DNA of 64,000 nt from Tubulanus polymorphus (Eukaryota; Animalia; Nemertea): positions 11,455,263 through 11,519,262 of the forward strand of contig NC_134028.1 in assembly GCF_964204645.1 (NCBI RefSeq), given 5' to 3'. The notes below the pieces were generated by a model that did no database searches, was not told where the DNA came from, and was given only the letters and a program-made list of their open reading frames with translations. The translations under genes were made by a program, and so were the position numbers. Below, in pieces: positions 49,956 to 64,000 of this stretch (positions are counted from its first letter, which is position 1; each line of letters opens with the position of its first letter).

Positions 49956-51488
49956 CTAACTTTCTATTCTTATTCTAACATTACTCTAATATTATTAATT
50001 CTAACAATTTATTTTATTCTAAGAGTTTACTTAACAATTTATCCCAACGTAAGATTCCGTTGCAACACATTTCAGTCTCGTTGCAAATGAATAAAATTGG
50101 AGAAACATTTGCTCTGAAATGTTCTTCTTGAAAATCACCAAGTGGGGGATTTTTACCTACTTTGAAAATTTGGGGATTTTTACCCAGGGGACTTTTACCA
50201 AAAACCCTTATACCAAACTACATACATGAAAATGACATTATTCTGTGACTTTTAGCTAAGCAACAAGCATATAAAAATTATATTATCGTAGTTTTGAAAA
50301 TTTCTATGAAGAAATAGTTTTAAAGTATATTGTAAAATATCTATGTTCCCTGAATATTATTTTAAAAGTATTGTCTGTTCTCATTTAGGTTTACACTTAT
50401 GTTTGATAGAAAACTGAACTTGGGGGGATTTTTTTTACCAGGGATATATTTACCTACATTGGTATAATTTATCTCATATCCTTATATGAATATTCTAACA
50501 TATTCAGATAAACTTACACATATATGCATCCCTTTTCTTTAGTACAGTATAGTTACATACATTGGATGAAGTGGTGAAAGACACATTGGACAACTACTAC
50601 AGGGCCCTGTCTAACAACACCCTTATTGACACATGGAAATTAAAAAAAATGATGATGGCCTTATCATGTGGAATATACTTTTCCCTGGATTTTTACCAGG
50701 GGAATTTTTACCTAGGGGGGATTTTTACCAGGGGTCGATTTTTACCTTGTGGAAAATCTCCTAGGTAAAAATCCCCTTGGTAGAAATCCCCAATTCTTCA
50801 AAGTAGTGCAGTGTAAGTAGATACAATCTTAAGGTCAATTAATTCATATTTATTGATACATATATTCAATAAATTCATATTTTTCTGGGGAACACCTTAA
50901 GGATATCATGCGCATACAAACTATGATATACACTATTTGAATTAAAACATACTACAAATTAACAGTTCATTATTACTAAATTGGTCCCTTTCTTATTGGT
51001 ACGCAGTTAGTTATCGCAGTTGAAAGGGTTCATCGCACATTTCAAATATATTACACTAAAATCTTATATGTCTAGAAATAATATTTCGTTATTGCTCATA
51101 ATTCATGGCATCGCGCAGCTCAAATATACCACAACATAACAAGAGTTCACAGGTCAAAGATATTCCAGTTCGAATTTAAAGGTATAACAAATAAAAGTTT
51201 ATTATTCTTATTAATTCTTACAATTTATTGAAATCTAAGAGTTTACTTAAGGATTTATCACAACGAAAGATTTAATTGCACAGTTCAAACATATTTCAGT
51301 CTCATTGCAAATTGATAAAATTGGAGTATCATTTTGCTTTGAAATGTTCTTGAAAATCACCAAGTGGGGATTTTTACCTAGAGGTTTTTTTACCATAGTG
51401 TACACATGACTGTATGCTGTTCTACTGGACTTGGAGTACTCGCGGCTAGACTTAATTTATTCCAAGACGACGCAAGTCGTGTTTCGAC

Positions 51489-52086
51489 GGGTTCCTATGT
51501 TCCCCGGGTCCTATGTTCCCCAAGGGAAATTAAACATAAAAGGGGTTCTATATTCCCCGGATCCGATATTCCTCGAAGATTATGGAAAATGTATAAAAAA
51601 GTCCTTTGTTCCCATGGCCACATACACTCGGCATTTCATCATACATTTCGGCGCCGGGAATTCTGAGCATGATAACGCGCCAGGCTGCCGAGCCTGAAAT
51701 GCAACCAATTAGTCGATGTGGAAAATCGCCACTACATGTATCTTTATCTTTATTTTATTAAATGAAAATTAACGAGTGACGTAACTACTGAATAAATTAC
51801 CTGATCGATGGATTAATTGTCTTGTCGAATTTCTCTCGTTCAGTTCTATCGTTTGCAAAAAAATAAAAGCACCTTGTCTGTATCAAATTTATAGTATCTA
51901 GCAAATACATGATATGATTGATGGACTATTATTAAAAAGCATAGGTATGGACACTTCTGGTCAACCTTTTTACTATTTGGAGAATATATGGAACCTCGTT
52001 GTATTATTTCCTTTGGGAGAATATAGAACCTGGGGAATATAGGGCCCGAGGAACATAGAACCTGGGGAATCTAGGGATGACCCCCC
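51489..52086. mobile_element. MITE with repetitive subterminal TIRs and TTTCGAC TSD
   Basis: CCTATGTTCCCC repeats at the left end, GGGGAA(T/C)ATAG repeats at the right end. TTTCGAC at 51482-51488 and 52087-52093. Confidence 0.75.
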
Positions 52087-53162
52087 TTTCGACCGTGTTC
52101 ATTACTCATCACTTTTCAAATCATTACTGAAACGAAGAATAGTTTAATTGATTTTTATTTCATATGGAAAACAAGTTATGCCGGTTACATGTAACCAGTC
52201 TTTCCCGCGGAATTTTCCATTGGATTAAAACAAGGGCCGGGGCTTATTTCTTCTTTGTTTTTCACCAGTTGCATCGATAGCTTACGTTCTTTTTAACTTA
52301 CAATTCAAGTTTTGGTAGTCACATAGCCAGATCTTTGAGCGTCAGAATATGCAGGTGATTTAATTTTACTTGTGCCCAGTACAGCAGCGATAATTCAAAT
52401 GTAGAACATTTGCGAACAATTTGCGGAAGCGTGTAGTATTTCATTTTAAAGAAGCAAATCACATTTTGCATTTTCCTGGATACGTCCTCGTCAAGTTTTA
52501 TTACTATTAGATTTTCATCACTTGAATTAATTATTTAGTTTTGTAATACAGTCAACCCCCGATATACCATCCACATCGGTGAAGAAAATTTTGACGGTAT
52601 AGAGAGTATGGCGGTATATATCGTGGGTATTTTACTATGTATTTGTAAAGAGATGTACATTGTTCATAATTTAAATTGTTCATCAAATTTGGCAAATATC
52701 TGCTCAGCGTAAAGAAACGTTCCGTTAATTCTGCTGTTCGCGGTAATCTGGGACAGTTCCCTCTACTTATAATTTTCTTGCCACTTATGGTCAAATAGTG
52801 GCTGCGCATCTGTAAAATAGGCAGTTCGACGATGGTATATAAAGCGGCTAGTGGTAAAAATCCCCAGGGTTAAATTCCCCTATAATCCAAAGTCCAAAGT
52901 AGGTAAAAATCCCCCTCCTTCTGAATGTAGTGTAAGTAGATACAATCTTAAGGTCAATTAATTCATATTTATGATACATATATATAATTTATCATTGTGG
53001 AACACCTTAAGGATATCATGATCATACAAGCTTTGAATTAAAACATAATACAAATTAACACAGGTTAATGAAAGGATTCATCGCACATTTCAAATATATT
53101 ACACTAGCTTGAATCTTAAATATCTAGAATTAAAAGTTCATTATTGCTTATAAATTCATGGC

Positions 53163-54631
53163 ATACTGCCCGCCGATCCTCTCCGAGACCGGTAATACTA
53201 ATGCTACCCCGATGCCACTGTTACCAGTGATACTGCGCGATCCTTCTAGAGTCCGGTGATACGTACTGCTACCCCGATACCACTGATACCAGTGATACTG
53301 CCCGATCCTTCAGGAGACCGGTGATACTGCCCGATCCTTCAGGAGACCGGTGATACTAATGCTACCCCGATACCACTGTTACCAGTGATACTGCCCGATC
53401 CTTGAGGAGACCAGTGATACTGCTGCAACCCCGATACCACTGATACCAGTGATACTGCCCGATCCTTCTGGAGACCGGTGATACTGATGCTACCCCGATA
53501 CCACTGTTACCAGTGATACTGCCCGATCCTTCAGGAGACCGGTGATACTAATGCTACCCCGATACCACTGTTACCAGTGATACTGCCCGATCCTTCAGGA
53601 GACCAGTGATACTGCTGCTACCCCGATACCACTGATACCAGTGATACTGCACGATCCTCTCCGAGACCGGTGATACTACTGATACCCCGATACCACTGTT
53701 ACCAGTGATACTGCCCGATCCTTCTGGAGACTGGTGTTACTGCTGCTACCCCGATACCACTGATACCAGTGATACTGCCCGATCCTTCTGGAGACCCGTG
53801 ATACTACTGCTACCCCGATACCGCTGTTACCAGTGATGCTGCCCGATCCTTCTAGAGACCGGTGATACTACTTCTATCCCGATACCACTGATACCAGTGA
53901 TACTGCGCGATCCTTCACGAGACCGGTGATACTACTGCTACCCCGATACCACTGATAACAGTGATACTGCACGATCCTCCAGGAGACCGGTGATACTACT
54001 GCTACCCCGATACCACTGTTACCATGCCCGATCCTTCTCGAGACTGGTGATACTGCTGCTACCCCGATACCACTGTTACCAGTGATACTGTCCGATCCTT
54101 CTGGAGACCAGTGATACTACTGCTACCCCGATACCACTGATACCAGTGATACTGTCCGATCCTCTCCGAGACCGGTGATACTACTGATACCCCGATACCA
54201 GTGATACTACCGATCCTCTCCGGGACCGGTTATACTAATGCTACCCCGATACCACTGATACCAGTGATACTGTCCGATCCTTCTGGAGACCAGTGATACT
54301 ACTGCTACCCCGATACCACTGATACCAGTGATACTGTCCGATCCTCTCCGAGACCGGTGATACTACTTATACCCCGATACCAGTGATACTACCGATCCTC
54401 TCCGAGACCAGTGATACTACTGATACTCCGATACCACTGATACCAGAGATACTGCCCAATCCTTCAAGAGAACGGTGATACTACTGCTACCCCGATACCA
54501 CTGATACCAGTGATACTACGGATGCTTTCGGCCCGTGTAGTATTCGGTCGTAATGTTCTGTTCTCACTGTATTTTCCCATGGCGCCCTCTACATAGCCGC
54601 CATCTTGAAACGGTGTTCTGGTACACCACTG
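53163..54631 (-). repeat. Minisatellite array (unit about 60 bp, about 1.35 kb) ending in a TIR-like terminus ..GGTACACCACTG
   Basis: Unit GATACTGCCCGATCCTTCAGGAGACCGGTGATACTACTGCTACCCCGATACCACTGATACCAGT. 54510-54631 is the reverse complement of 37159-37280. Confidence 0.93.
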
Positions 54632-55155
54632 ACTGTTGTGGGGTTGTGACTGTTGTGACCCTGATTTCTTAGATTCATCCCATGTTTCACAAATTATGAT
54701 AACTTATATCACAGTTATTATATCACGCATTAAAAGCAAAGACGAGCAAAATAAGAAATTGAGACTGCTGCCACCGACCTGCTGACAATCAATCGACCTA
54801 CTACGCCATCTGCTCCAGAAAACAAATATCACGTGGCCAGGTGAGCTTGGACGTTGGCCACTTGATAGAAGAAAACGAGATTGACAGCGAATGTTTCAAT
54901 TCTGGGTCCCTAACAAAAAAAGTTATACAGTATTTTTCAAACTTGGTCATAATTAATTAGCAATCAACGATTAATCCACAAAATAAACATGAACATTTTG
55001 GTACAGCATCCGCAGTAAAATTCCGACGCAACAATACTTTTACCTTTTACCGATTCCCTGGTCCCAGAGAGGAAGTTGTCCAGGTTTTCTGTCGAAATCC
55101 AAGCTATTCAGCAAAATGGAAATGATGTCTATAGAAATGAATATGAATGAAATTA

Positions 55156-55519
55156 TATGGTGGCTGATTCTTATTGTGGCTGATTCGGGCCATACTAAAA
55201 TATTTTTCTGTACGGCTAAAGCAACAATAAAAAAATTTTAACATTGGATAAAACCAAACTTTTTGAATTCTCGCTCGAGAAAACCAAAATGTTTTGAATT
55301 CTCGCGCGAGAAAACCAAACTTTTTGAATTCTCCAGCGAGAAAACCAAACTTTTTGATTTCTCGCGCGAGAAAACCGAAAGTTATCAAATCTCGCGCGAG
55401 AAAACCAAAAGTTTTGAATTCTCGCTCGAGAAAACCAAAAAAGGCCAATGTGAAATTTTTTTATACTTGCTTTAGCCGTACACAAAAATTTTTTAGCATG
55501 GCCCGAATCAGCCACCATA
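55156..55519. mobile_element. MITE with TIRs and an internal 30-bp tandem array
   Basis: GTGGCTGATTCGGGCCATACTAAAA..GTACGGCTAAAGCAA matches the reverse complement of 55467-55519; about 6 copies of GAGAAAACCAAACTTTTTGAATTCTCGCGC. Confidence 0.8.
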
Positions 55520-55827
55520 CTATCCACATCCGTTCAAACTAAGCACAGAAATAGGATTCAAATAGCAATCCATGGCATTTTCTAGTAGACAGCAAGGAAC
55601 ACGGGTGTATAAATCATCATTTTGGATTATCATTTAGTGATAGTAAAGTAAGATCGTGGTTAGATCTAATACCAAGGATATTTTGTCTTATGAACTTATG
55701 AATCTTAGACAGGATAAGCCGCAGGACTTTGCTTGAAATAAACCTCGTATTTGTAGCGGCTTTGGTCACGAAATTAGAATATTTCCTCATCCATCCTATT
55801 TTAAAACTTAAAAATAATATTATATTA

Positions 55828-55831
<4 letters not shown>

Positions 55832-55905
<74 letters not shown>
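55832..55905. repeat. (TA)n microsatellite
   Basis: Direct read. Confidence 0.98.
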
Positions 55906-55913
<8 letters not shown>

Positions 55914-56978
55914 AATATATATATATATATTATACACACATCTAGATGTATGTAGAAACAACCGTTAGAATTCTGTCAACATTAATCGAAAAATATTCCC
56001 AAACACCTTTGAAAACATTCCAAAGCCAACCCAAAATTACGCCTGAAACCTGGAGATGCCATGGATGAATTCGAAGGTAAACGGCCGTTCCAATGCGTTC
56101 AGGTTCAATATCACCTCTTTTCAAAATAATTTTGATAACTGAGATAGTATCATCTTCGACTATAATTCGAAAGTGAGGGAGAAGTGTCAATGATTATGAG
56201 GCTTTTATTACTGAACGGAGTCAGACAGCGGACAGAAGAGAGTTGCATGGGTGAATCATAGGGATGACTAGAGCTGGCACCGTATCAGAAAATATCCTAT
56301 ATATACCTAGTCATCGGGTTTTGGGTCTAAACTTGTACATCTCCTGCCGCCTGGTAAACATGAATAGCCGATTACTATGGATACACTATGAGTTCTGGAT
56401 ACGAAATGAATTCCAAAAAAGTTGCAATGGTGCCCAGGAATGCTACAGGTAAATAAATATTACGTAGGGCCTAAACAAACGGGTTTTTGGTTTATTCTGG
56501 TTGATTCGGTTTCAACTCAGGCTAGTAGTATAGGGATTTAAATATTCAAACGTTCTATTTCACCCAAACGCAAATAATTGACGAAAATTCACTTATCATT
56601 GACACCGATTGCATTTACCGAAGTTCAAAGCGTACCATCGCTTAACCTTCCTTTACGTACTACTACGGTTTATTACTACGAAGGACAGGAACCACAGGGT
56701 AACGTGACCTTTATACGCTCTACATAAAAGTTGTTGTGTATAATTTGAGAGGTGATCAAGTTTATAAATAAGCACCTATGACAAGGCAAAATGTTGCGGT
56801 TTTGAGTAAGTTTGTGAGAAAGCATGGCTATGACTCAGCCTTTAGATACGGCAGGAGTGTCTGTTTCACAATCACACACAAATACCTCGTATTATTATTA
56901 TGTGCCTCGCCGTCGCAGTGAAATTCAAATACCCACCATGAATTTTTGGTAAGATAAGTCGTATAATATATTATTTAG

Positions 56979-56982
<4 letters not shown>

Positions 56983-57038
<56 letters not shown>
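56983..57038. repeat. (TA)n microsatellite
   Basis: Direct read. Confidence 0.98.
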
Positions 57039-57041
<3 letters not shown>

Positions 57042-58613
57042 CTAGTATAATCTATGGCGGCAGATGTGCGTGGGTGGGTTATTGAAGTGCGGTCGGTGCG
57101 CGTTTACAAATTATAGTTATATGGTTGACGCTTTTATAGCCGCTTGTATTTGTGAATGAACTGTATTTTTGCTAGTGGCAAAAAGTCGTGGTTCGACCAT
57201 CGGGGATATAGTGAAAGAAAGGTAAGTCTATCTTGTTGTCGGAACTTATAGATGTTGTATATTGATTGAAAATATACTGGAAAAGAATTGTCACATATTC
57301 TAACGCCATATCTTCCCGGTAAATAGGGTGAAACATTCCGTACCGGTTCCATAGCCCATATAATATAAACACCAGAGCACAGTTCTGAGTTGAGATTTGA
57401 CTAGAGTTAACTCATCGAATATTTTAACTCCGAGCTTTCTCAAATATTTTGAACTGGATCCTGGAAGCTTTCTTAATTAATCACCCAAAATGAATAGGAA
57501 AATTCTGAAGAATTAATATCCCATATTAATGAATAATTTATTTTCATGGGTATCGTCCCTTACAATTTATAAAATTGAACTCACTCCATGACGATAAACC
57601 AAACGACATGTCATTGCCGTCTATGTGCGCTACCTAGTAGGAAATACAGGCACCACCAATGCCAGCTCATCTATCACGTTGACGACGAGTCATAATGATT
57701 TTACTCAGCAAATTCCTGGAATCGGTGAATATGTGATGAATAGTATCTAGAATCTACACTAGAGTGTGACACATACGCAAACAAACGTCACAGCTGCTTT
57801 CATTCACGTCACAATCACCATCACAATCACAATCACCATCATAGTGTTGACTTGCCGCCGAAAACTAGCGTGCGCGCAGTTTCTCCAGATATTTGATACC
57901 AGGTCCAGCCGATTTTGCGCATTTACGTAGTGTGAGATGATAGGACCGAGAAAATCGATTCGTAAATAAATCGCAAATGAAAAATATTTTACTTCAACAC
58001 GGTCATAATCTCCTTGAGAAATAGCGACTTTTGAGGCGCAACACTAACTAGGTTCACTCTAGTCTGCTTTCGTATCCGATTTTCACATTCTTAAATTCCG
58101 GCCATTGTTTTGACATATATAAACGTTATCCATAGAGCACTTAGTGTAATGTAGATCTTCTCAGAATGTACCGAGTTGATATACGCCAGTATTGATGCTA
58201 ATAAATTTACTGCGCTCTCGCTATTGAAGCGAATTTATGTAAGCGGCCAACGTTATTGAGTGCGTTTGGGCGCGCTTGCAACATGATGTAATCGTGCTAT
58301 CCGTGCAATATCCAGCATTCGTCGTGTTGACCAGATTTGTACCTGAAAATATCAAATCTAACAGCTGATGAGAAAGGCTGAGGCAACCTTGACCTGGGTT
58401 TGTATGCGATATCGCCATCTACCGAAGGCATTAGACAATAAATTCTTTAGATACATACAAACGTCGCAATACATAGAGTCTACCCTTGGATATGAAAATC
58501 ACTAAAAACTCAAAAGAAGTGGTAGTTGAAGTACATGGTCAGGTGAGATGAGTTGTGCCATACTTGGCCAGTTGACACTTGGCGTGATGGCACAACTCAA
58601 CTCCGAATCATTC

Positions 58614-58735
<122 letters not shown>

Positions 58736-61663
58736 CGCCTATCGATTGCGATGGCTCGCCGTAGTAACATGCTTAGAACCCTCAGCCATCGATCAATTCC
58801 ATATTTCACAACAACTCGAGCGATTTATTGCGCAAAAAATAAAAATTCGAAAAACTGCGCAGTTTTAATGGAAGGACGTCTCATAGCTAAGTGCTAATAC
58901 ATACACATATCCGACTGCGTAATCACCTTATTGTATCGCCCATGTAGTGGACTCGTTTAACTAAAAAATATTGTTCATACTTGTTTTTTATCCAACTTCT
59001 TTCTTTATATGAAACAAACACAAGCGCATGCGCAGTGGTAAAACGGTGCCATAATATTGTTATGGATGGATTTATGACTATTTTTGAACAAAGAATAAAC
59101 AATGGAATTATGAATTGATTGCGGGATAATCGGCAAATTCCGGAGGAATATCGTCCTTTAAATTATAGGGTAAGATTGAGATTATTTCGATTTTAGTAAG
59201 ACTAACATACTCAATTCATCTTTCCACGAAGGAATTAAAGAATGAATTTAATCATGGAATATTTAACTGCATAAATTTCCTTTCCCTATTCTATGCTTAA
59301 TTCTTTGAGCTATAAAAGTCATTTTTTGTGCGTGTGAAAATACCAGGTAGGTCCTAATATAAATCCTATGTGAACCCACATACGTGAATCAGCCTTGGTT
59401 CTAAAATAAAAAGGTCATCATCCTTTTTTTTAAAAAGGTCATCATCCTTTTTTTTAAACCGCACTGTATGAAAAAAATGGTAACTTACAAAATGTTCGGT
59501 TTAAAGTTAACAAAAACAAACCATTCATTTGATGATCTTTTCATTTTGAAATCATTGTTTGTTTGCGCCTTCTGTTCAGACTCGTAAGACTAATCGAATC
59601 AGTTGGCCACATTTTATATATCGCCATTGAATTGCGACTTAATTTGAAAGGAATGTGTTTTCCGATCATTTTTTAATAGCGCAGGCAGTATATATTGCAT
59701 GATATTCACATGATAATTTCCAACGCGCCTCAGGTGTGCTTGGTCGCTTGCCAAACCGTAGTATTTTAGCACTTAATGCGTGGGTTGTTAGGTATTTCAT
59801 ATTCATTCATATGATCTATTCTCGCGTCTATGAGTATCCTACTCTGTAATTTTGCGGTTTATAAACTGACCGGTATAAGATTACTGCCAGAGGTTCGGTC
59901 TTTAGATTTATACATGCAGTTGTCGAGAATTTCACTTCATTAACGTTAGCATCTATATTTAAAAATGAACTGATCAGCCAGTCAACCCACGTGTCCACCC
60001 GCATGACAAACTCGAGAATGACTCAGATGACAGAATAAATTGCCAAATTTCATAAAAAATTACACCAATCAAGCACGCATGAAAATTAAAACATACTGGT
60101 TTGTCATGCACATTAATAGTTCAATGTTGCAATTTAACAATCATGATATGGTATACATCTACGTGGCCCATTGTGTTTTGGGTTATCGTGTTTATAATCG
60201 CACATCTATTTTTCAATGATTACATCGAAGTCATGTATTCAATTTCATAAAGGGCAAAACTTCCTTGTTTCGAAACATGAGTTTTGATATGGGTTCATGT
60301 CACTATGTCATTGACTAATAATAAACCCGGAACTTTTGGAATCCCATATAAAGTCGGTAAAACACCCAAACCTCTGAACATTTGCGGCGATTCTGTTTCA
60401 CAGGTACGCTAGGACTAACGTAGCGTATCTTGGTTAGAAGTTTTCCGGATAAAGGCTTACACTCTATACCTCGTGTGAGGGATTCAGGGTTTTGTTAGCG
60501 CTAGTTATGTTCGCATAAATTCATACTGGCCTGCAAAATCCTAAATTCCCCCACGTCTAACAACATGATGATCATAACTACACGGGGCAAAATATATGCG
60601 AGACGAGTTTAACCATTTCGAGGATATTGCCGACGTCGAATAATGACTATGCCAAGTGCTACAGCAAGCGTGTTTTGATCCTCCGTGATAAAACATTGAC
60701 ATATAAACTGCAATAGTTGCTATGTCCATGGATTAATACACCTCGGCTCTTTAGTTTATTCTAAAACGCTTCATTTTGGATGCAGAGAGAATGTAATGCC
60801 GGTATAAGGTCGGCATATCTCCTTCAACGCATGCTCGTCCAAAATGAATTTCTGTATGCACGTGAGGGAAAACAGATTATAATCGCATCCTAAAAACCAT
60901 ACAAATCTGAATAGAAAAAAACGAACAAAAGCTAACCTTTTCTAAATGATCCGATTAATAACAGGTTACCCATTATGTACGTATTTCACCGAGTTATTTC
61001 ATAGTATATAGATCCAAACTCTCTCTGACCTCCAAACCAGAACGACGCCATCTTAATCCAGGCTACGTTGCTTGGTCGAGTTTCTCGATTCAGCATAATC
61101 ACACCATTTTACCATACCGGTTTATGCAAATCCAAATGTATATGATAATGCGCATGCGCATTGGTTACTAGCACCTTCCGAATTGAGCCCTCTTGGATCT
61201 CGCTTGCGCGCTCAATCTCTCTTTCCATGACGTCGCCCACGAATGAAGACGTGATAGCGCTGAAAACGACGAAAAAGCAATAAAACCTATGTATTATCGC
61301 GCGCTTACAGGTAGTACATTTACCGATACATTTGTGAATATAGTAATGTAGAATATTAGGCTTTGTTTTGCTTGGTTTTCTTCGATGTTGCCTGTTCGCG
61401 AGGATTGAATAACTGAGTCAGAGCTTTTATTTCTTTATGAATGAACTCGCAACATGTCGAACATGCTTACGTCAATGTACATTTTATTACGCGTAGAAAT
61501 GAACTTTTTGGCCGAAATTAAATGAGATAACAGGGCACGTAAATATATGGATATGATGGCAGATAATATGACTTCATGTTGATTTTTACAATCTGATTCA
61601 ATTTTTACAATGGAAAAACGCGACTTGATCAGACAACCGCTCTTTATGCCACGTTGGATATCC

Positions 61664-61667
<4 letters not shown>

Positions 61668-61742
<75 letters not shown>
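61668..61742. repeat. (TA)n microsatellite
   Basis: Direct read. Confidence 0.98.
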
Positions 61743-61744
<2 letters not shown>

Positions 61745-62770
61745 GTGGAAAATATCTTTAGTTCCATTTCCAGTTTAATTTACTATGCTTAAGTCGTTGA
61801 TAAGTCGTCAACTAAAGGATTGTCCCAACGAAGACCTAAACAGGCCAACTAAATAAATATACTTTTCTGTACATACGTAACGTTTTGGAAAAGTGGAAAG
61901 AAATTTATTTAATATTGATTAAATCCAAGTGCTATCGCCCTAATTAATCAAGCCCAATTTTATGTTTAAAACTAGATAAACTAATTATAAATCGGAATGA
62001 TTATCTAAATAAGTGCCAGTTTCAAACTGAATGGATAGCTTTCGTCCATCGAAGGATTAAAAAACGGTCGAAATTATTTTTCTATCGAGAAAATTATATA
62101 AGGCCGATCCCGGATGTAAAAATTGGCCAGAATACCAGCGTCTACCCATTATTTCAAACCGGAACTTATTCAACTATGAAGCATTGCATCGATTGTGCCC
62201 TATGTTGTTTATTATATCACAGACCAGCATTTTGGGATGAAAATATCAATCGGTGAACTAAAACGAGGAAATTCCGATCTATACACGTTAGTCACTGTCA
62301 GTTCAAACTTTCAAACATTTTTGACTCGTCCTTTTTTACGTAGGTTGTTGTTAAGCTGATAGATATTTTCATTTCCTAAATATGTACCAAAATACATAGA
62401 TAATAAATGTATTTTTTAGAAATACGCATCAATCTTTGTAATATGGAACATATCCGGTTGGTTATGCATGGCTTTCAGTTCTTAATTGATCGGAATTTTT
62501 CTTTGAATCTATATTTGGTCGAGATATTTTTGGCTTCAGGATGTTCATATTAGGGCTATTACCGATGCACTGCTCTGCTTTCTTCAATTCCGAGTAAAAT
62601 CTAAATAAGTTGCGGTCAGCCACTGAATTTTAAACAGATGCAAGCACGAAAGCTAGATAGACTACGAGGCAAAAAGGAAAGCAATGACATGTTTCTCCTT
62701 ACTGCTTAGCTTAAAGGTTAACCAAGCTTAACCCGGCCGGCGGCCTATCTATCCTGTGCATTACTTTTTC

Positions 62771-63577
62771 TTAAAGGCCGAGGAGCAGTATAAAAGCCCA
62801 ATCAATGTCAAAGATGGCAGTACCCATGAAGCAATAGTGCAGTGGAGAGCTCCAACGGTTGAAACTGGAAATCTCCTATTTTCTCTGTCAGTTATCCGAT
62901 TTGGACCCTCCTTTTTGTCAGACATATGTATTAATGTGTAATATATTCATTTCTGCAGTCAAAAATATGTTTTAGGCCCTCCTCTACGAGAAATTAAGCT
63001 TTTTAGTTGGTATTTCCTTCAAAATTTGAATCTTTGAATGACATAGAGGGAGGAGTTATCCAGTGAATTAGTGTAGCTCACAGAGCACATTAACAGTAAT
63101 TTGATACCTATAGTCATCAGTATACATAAACAAAACATAGCCTCATTCATAGTACCAAAATTTGGCAACATCAAAACTTTTTCTATGGTCAATGGATCAG
63201 TCTGAAATTTCGTACACTTGTTTAGCTATCTACCATCAATGTTGTGTCCTAATTTCATCGAAATCGGATAAAAATTGATGATTTTCAAAAAATTTGAAAT
63301 GTCTCTAAAATGTTTAATCTTGGCCCTATCTCTACAAAAAAAGATCGCTAGCATCAGATTTTCATTCCCACTATGACTAGATTATATAAAATTAGTTTAG
63401 AACTTGATATGAAAACTTTTATGAATTTGTCAAATTTTACTGTGTGTGACCTGCTTTTCTGTTGTGAGCCAACCTCGCTCACTCTAAACATTTTAAACAA
63501 GATACTGTAAAAGTGGGACGGCCGATCTCAAGTGTTTGCCACCCGGTTAACTAGCATCCATACTCCTCGGCCTTTAA
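62771..63577. mobile_element. TTAA-flanked MITE (Kolobok-like)
   Basis: TTAA-AGGCCGAGGAG ... CTCCTCGGCCT-TTAA. Confidence 0.7.
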
Positions 63578-63627
63578 ATCATATCATTATTTACTATAAC
63601 TGACCCGGCAGCTACAGGAATGAAGTG

Positions 63628-64000
63628 ATAACAAATTCTATTGTGCTTCACAAAATGACCCGGTCGATTAAGAGAAACACGCTAATATTAATGGTTATAC
63701 ATGTTTCAATTTAGAGGTGGTCAATTCCTATCATATATCTGCGCCACGAAAAACTGTTGGATTAACCATTGATTCTATAACAAAATTCGTTTCAAAGTCC
63801 ATGGACAAGTAACACATTCTATTGCGCTTCACAAAATGACCCGACCGATTACGAGAAACAAGTTTTCTTAACCTAATATTAATTGTTATACATGTTTCAA
63901 TTTAAAGGTGGTCAATTCCTATCAGATATCTGCGCCACGAAAAACTGTTGGATAACCCATGGATTCTATAACGAATTCGTTTCAAAGTCCATGGATTAAA
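63628..64000 (+). repeat. Tandem repeat, unit about 180-190 bp, running to the window edge
   Basis: ATTCTATTG(T/C)GCTTCACAAAATGACCCG..CTGCGCCACGAAAAACTGTTGGAT..TTCGTTTCAAAGTCCATGGA occurs twice. Confidence 0.9.

Larger units (their letters stand above)
47170..53163 (+). repeat. Three diverged direct copies of an unclassified repeat with GGTAAAAATCCC motifs
   Basis: GGAACA(T/C)C(A/T)TAAGGATATCATG..ATATATTACACTA.. at about 47400-47750, 50820-51200 and 52930-53163. Confidence 0.7.

Noticed and set aside
55104-55542. Repetitive ORFs (FGFLARE / NSRARKP)
   Set aside because: Translation artefacts of a 30-bp tandem repeat inside a MITE.

Overview
AT-rich animal (probably marine invertebrate, by inference) intergenic DNA made almost entirely of nested transposable elements. 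No host protein-coding gene could be supported. The most intact element is a young, internally rearranged Ty3/Gypsy LTR element (37460-46365). It has a chromodomain-bearing integrase and an uninterrupted 839-aa class I fusion-type env gene with an unexplained second membrane-anchored C-terminal module. Also present: fragments of a Polinton/Maverick-like virus (integrase plus putative capsid, 10.5-13.1 kb); a decayed Helitron2/Helentron-type element with OTU protease, Rep and PIF1 helicase, split by an L2-type LINE; several Penelope-like elements carrying minimal hammerhead ribozymes; a TIR transposon with a 7-bp TSD carrying a RAG1-N-terminus-like zinc motif; BEL/Pao, Harbinger and CR1 remnants; many MITEs, minisatellites and (TA)n tracts. 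All family assignments come from motif recognition by eye, not from database searches, and boundaries are approximate unless a TSD is given.
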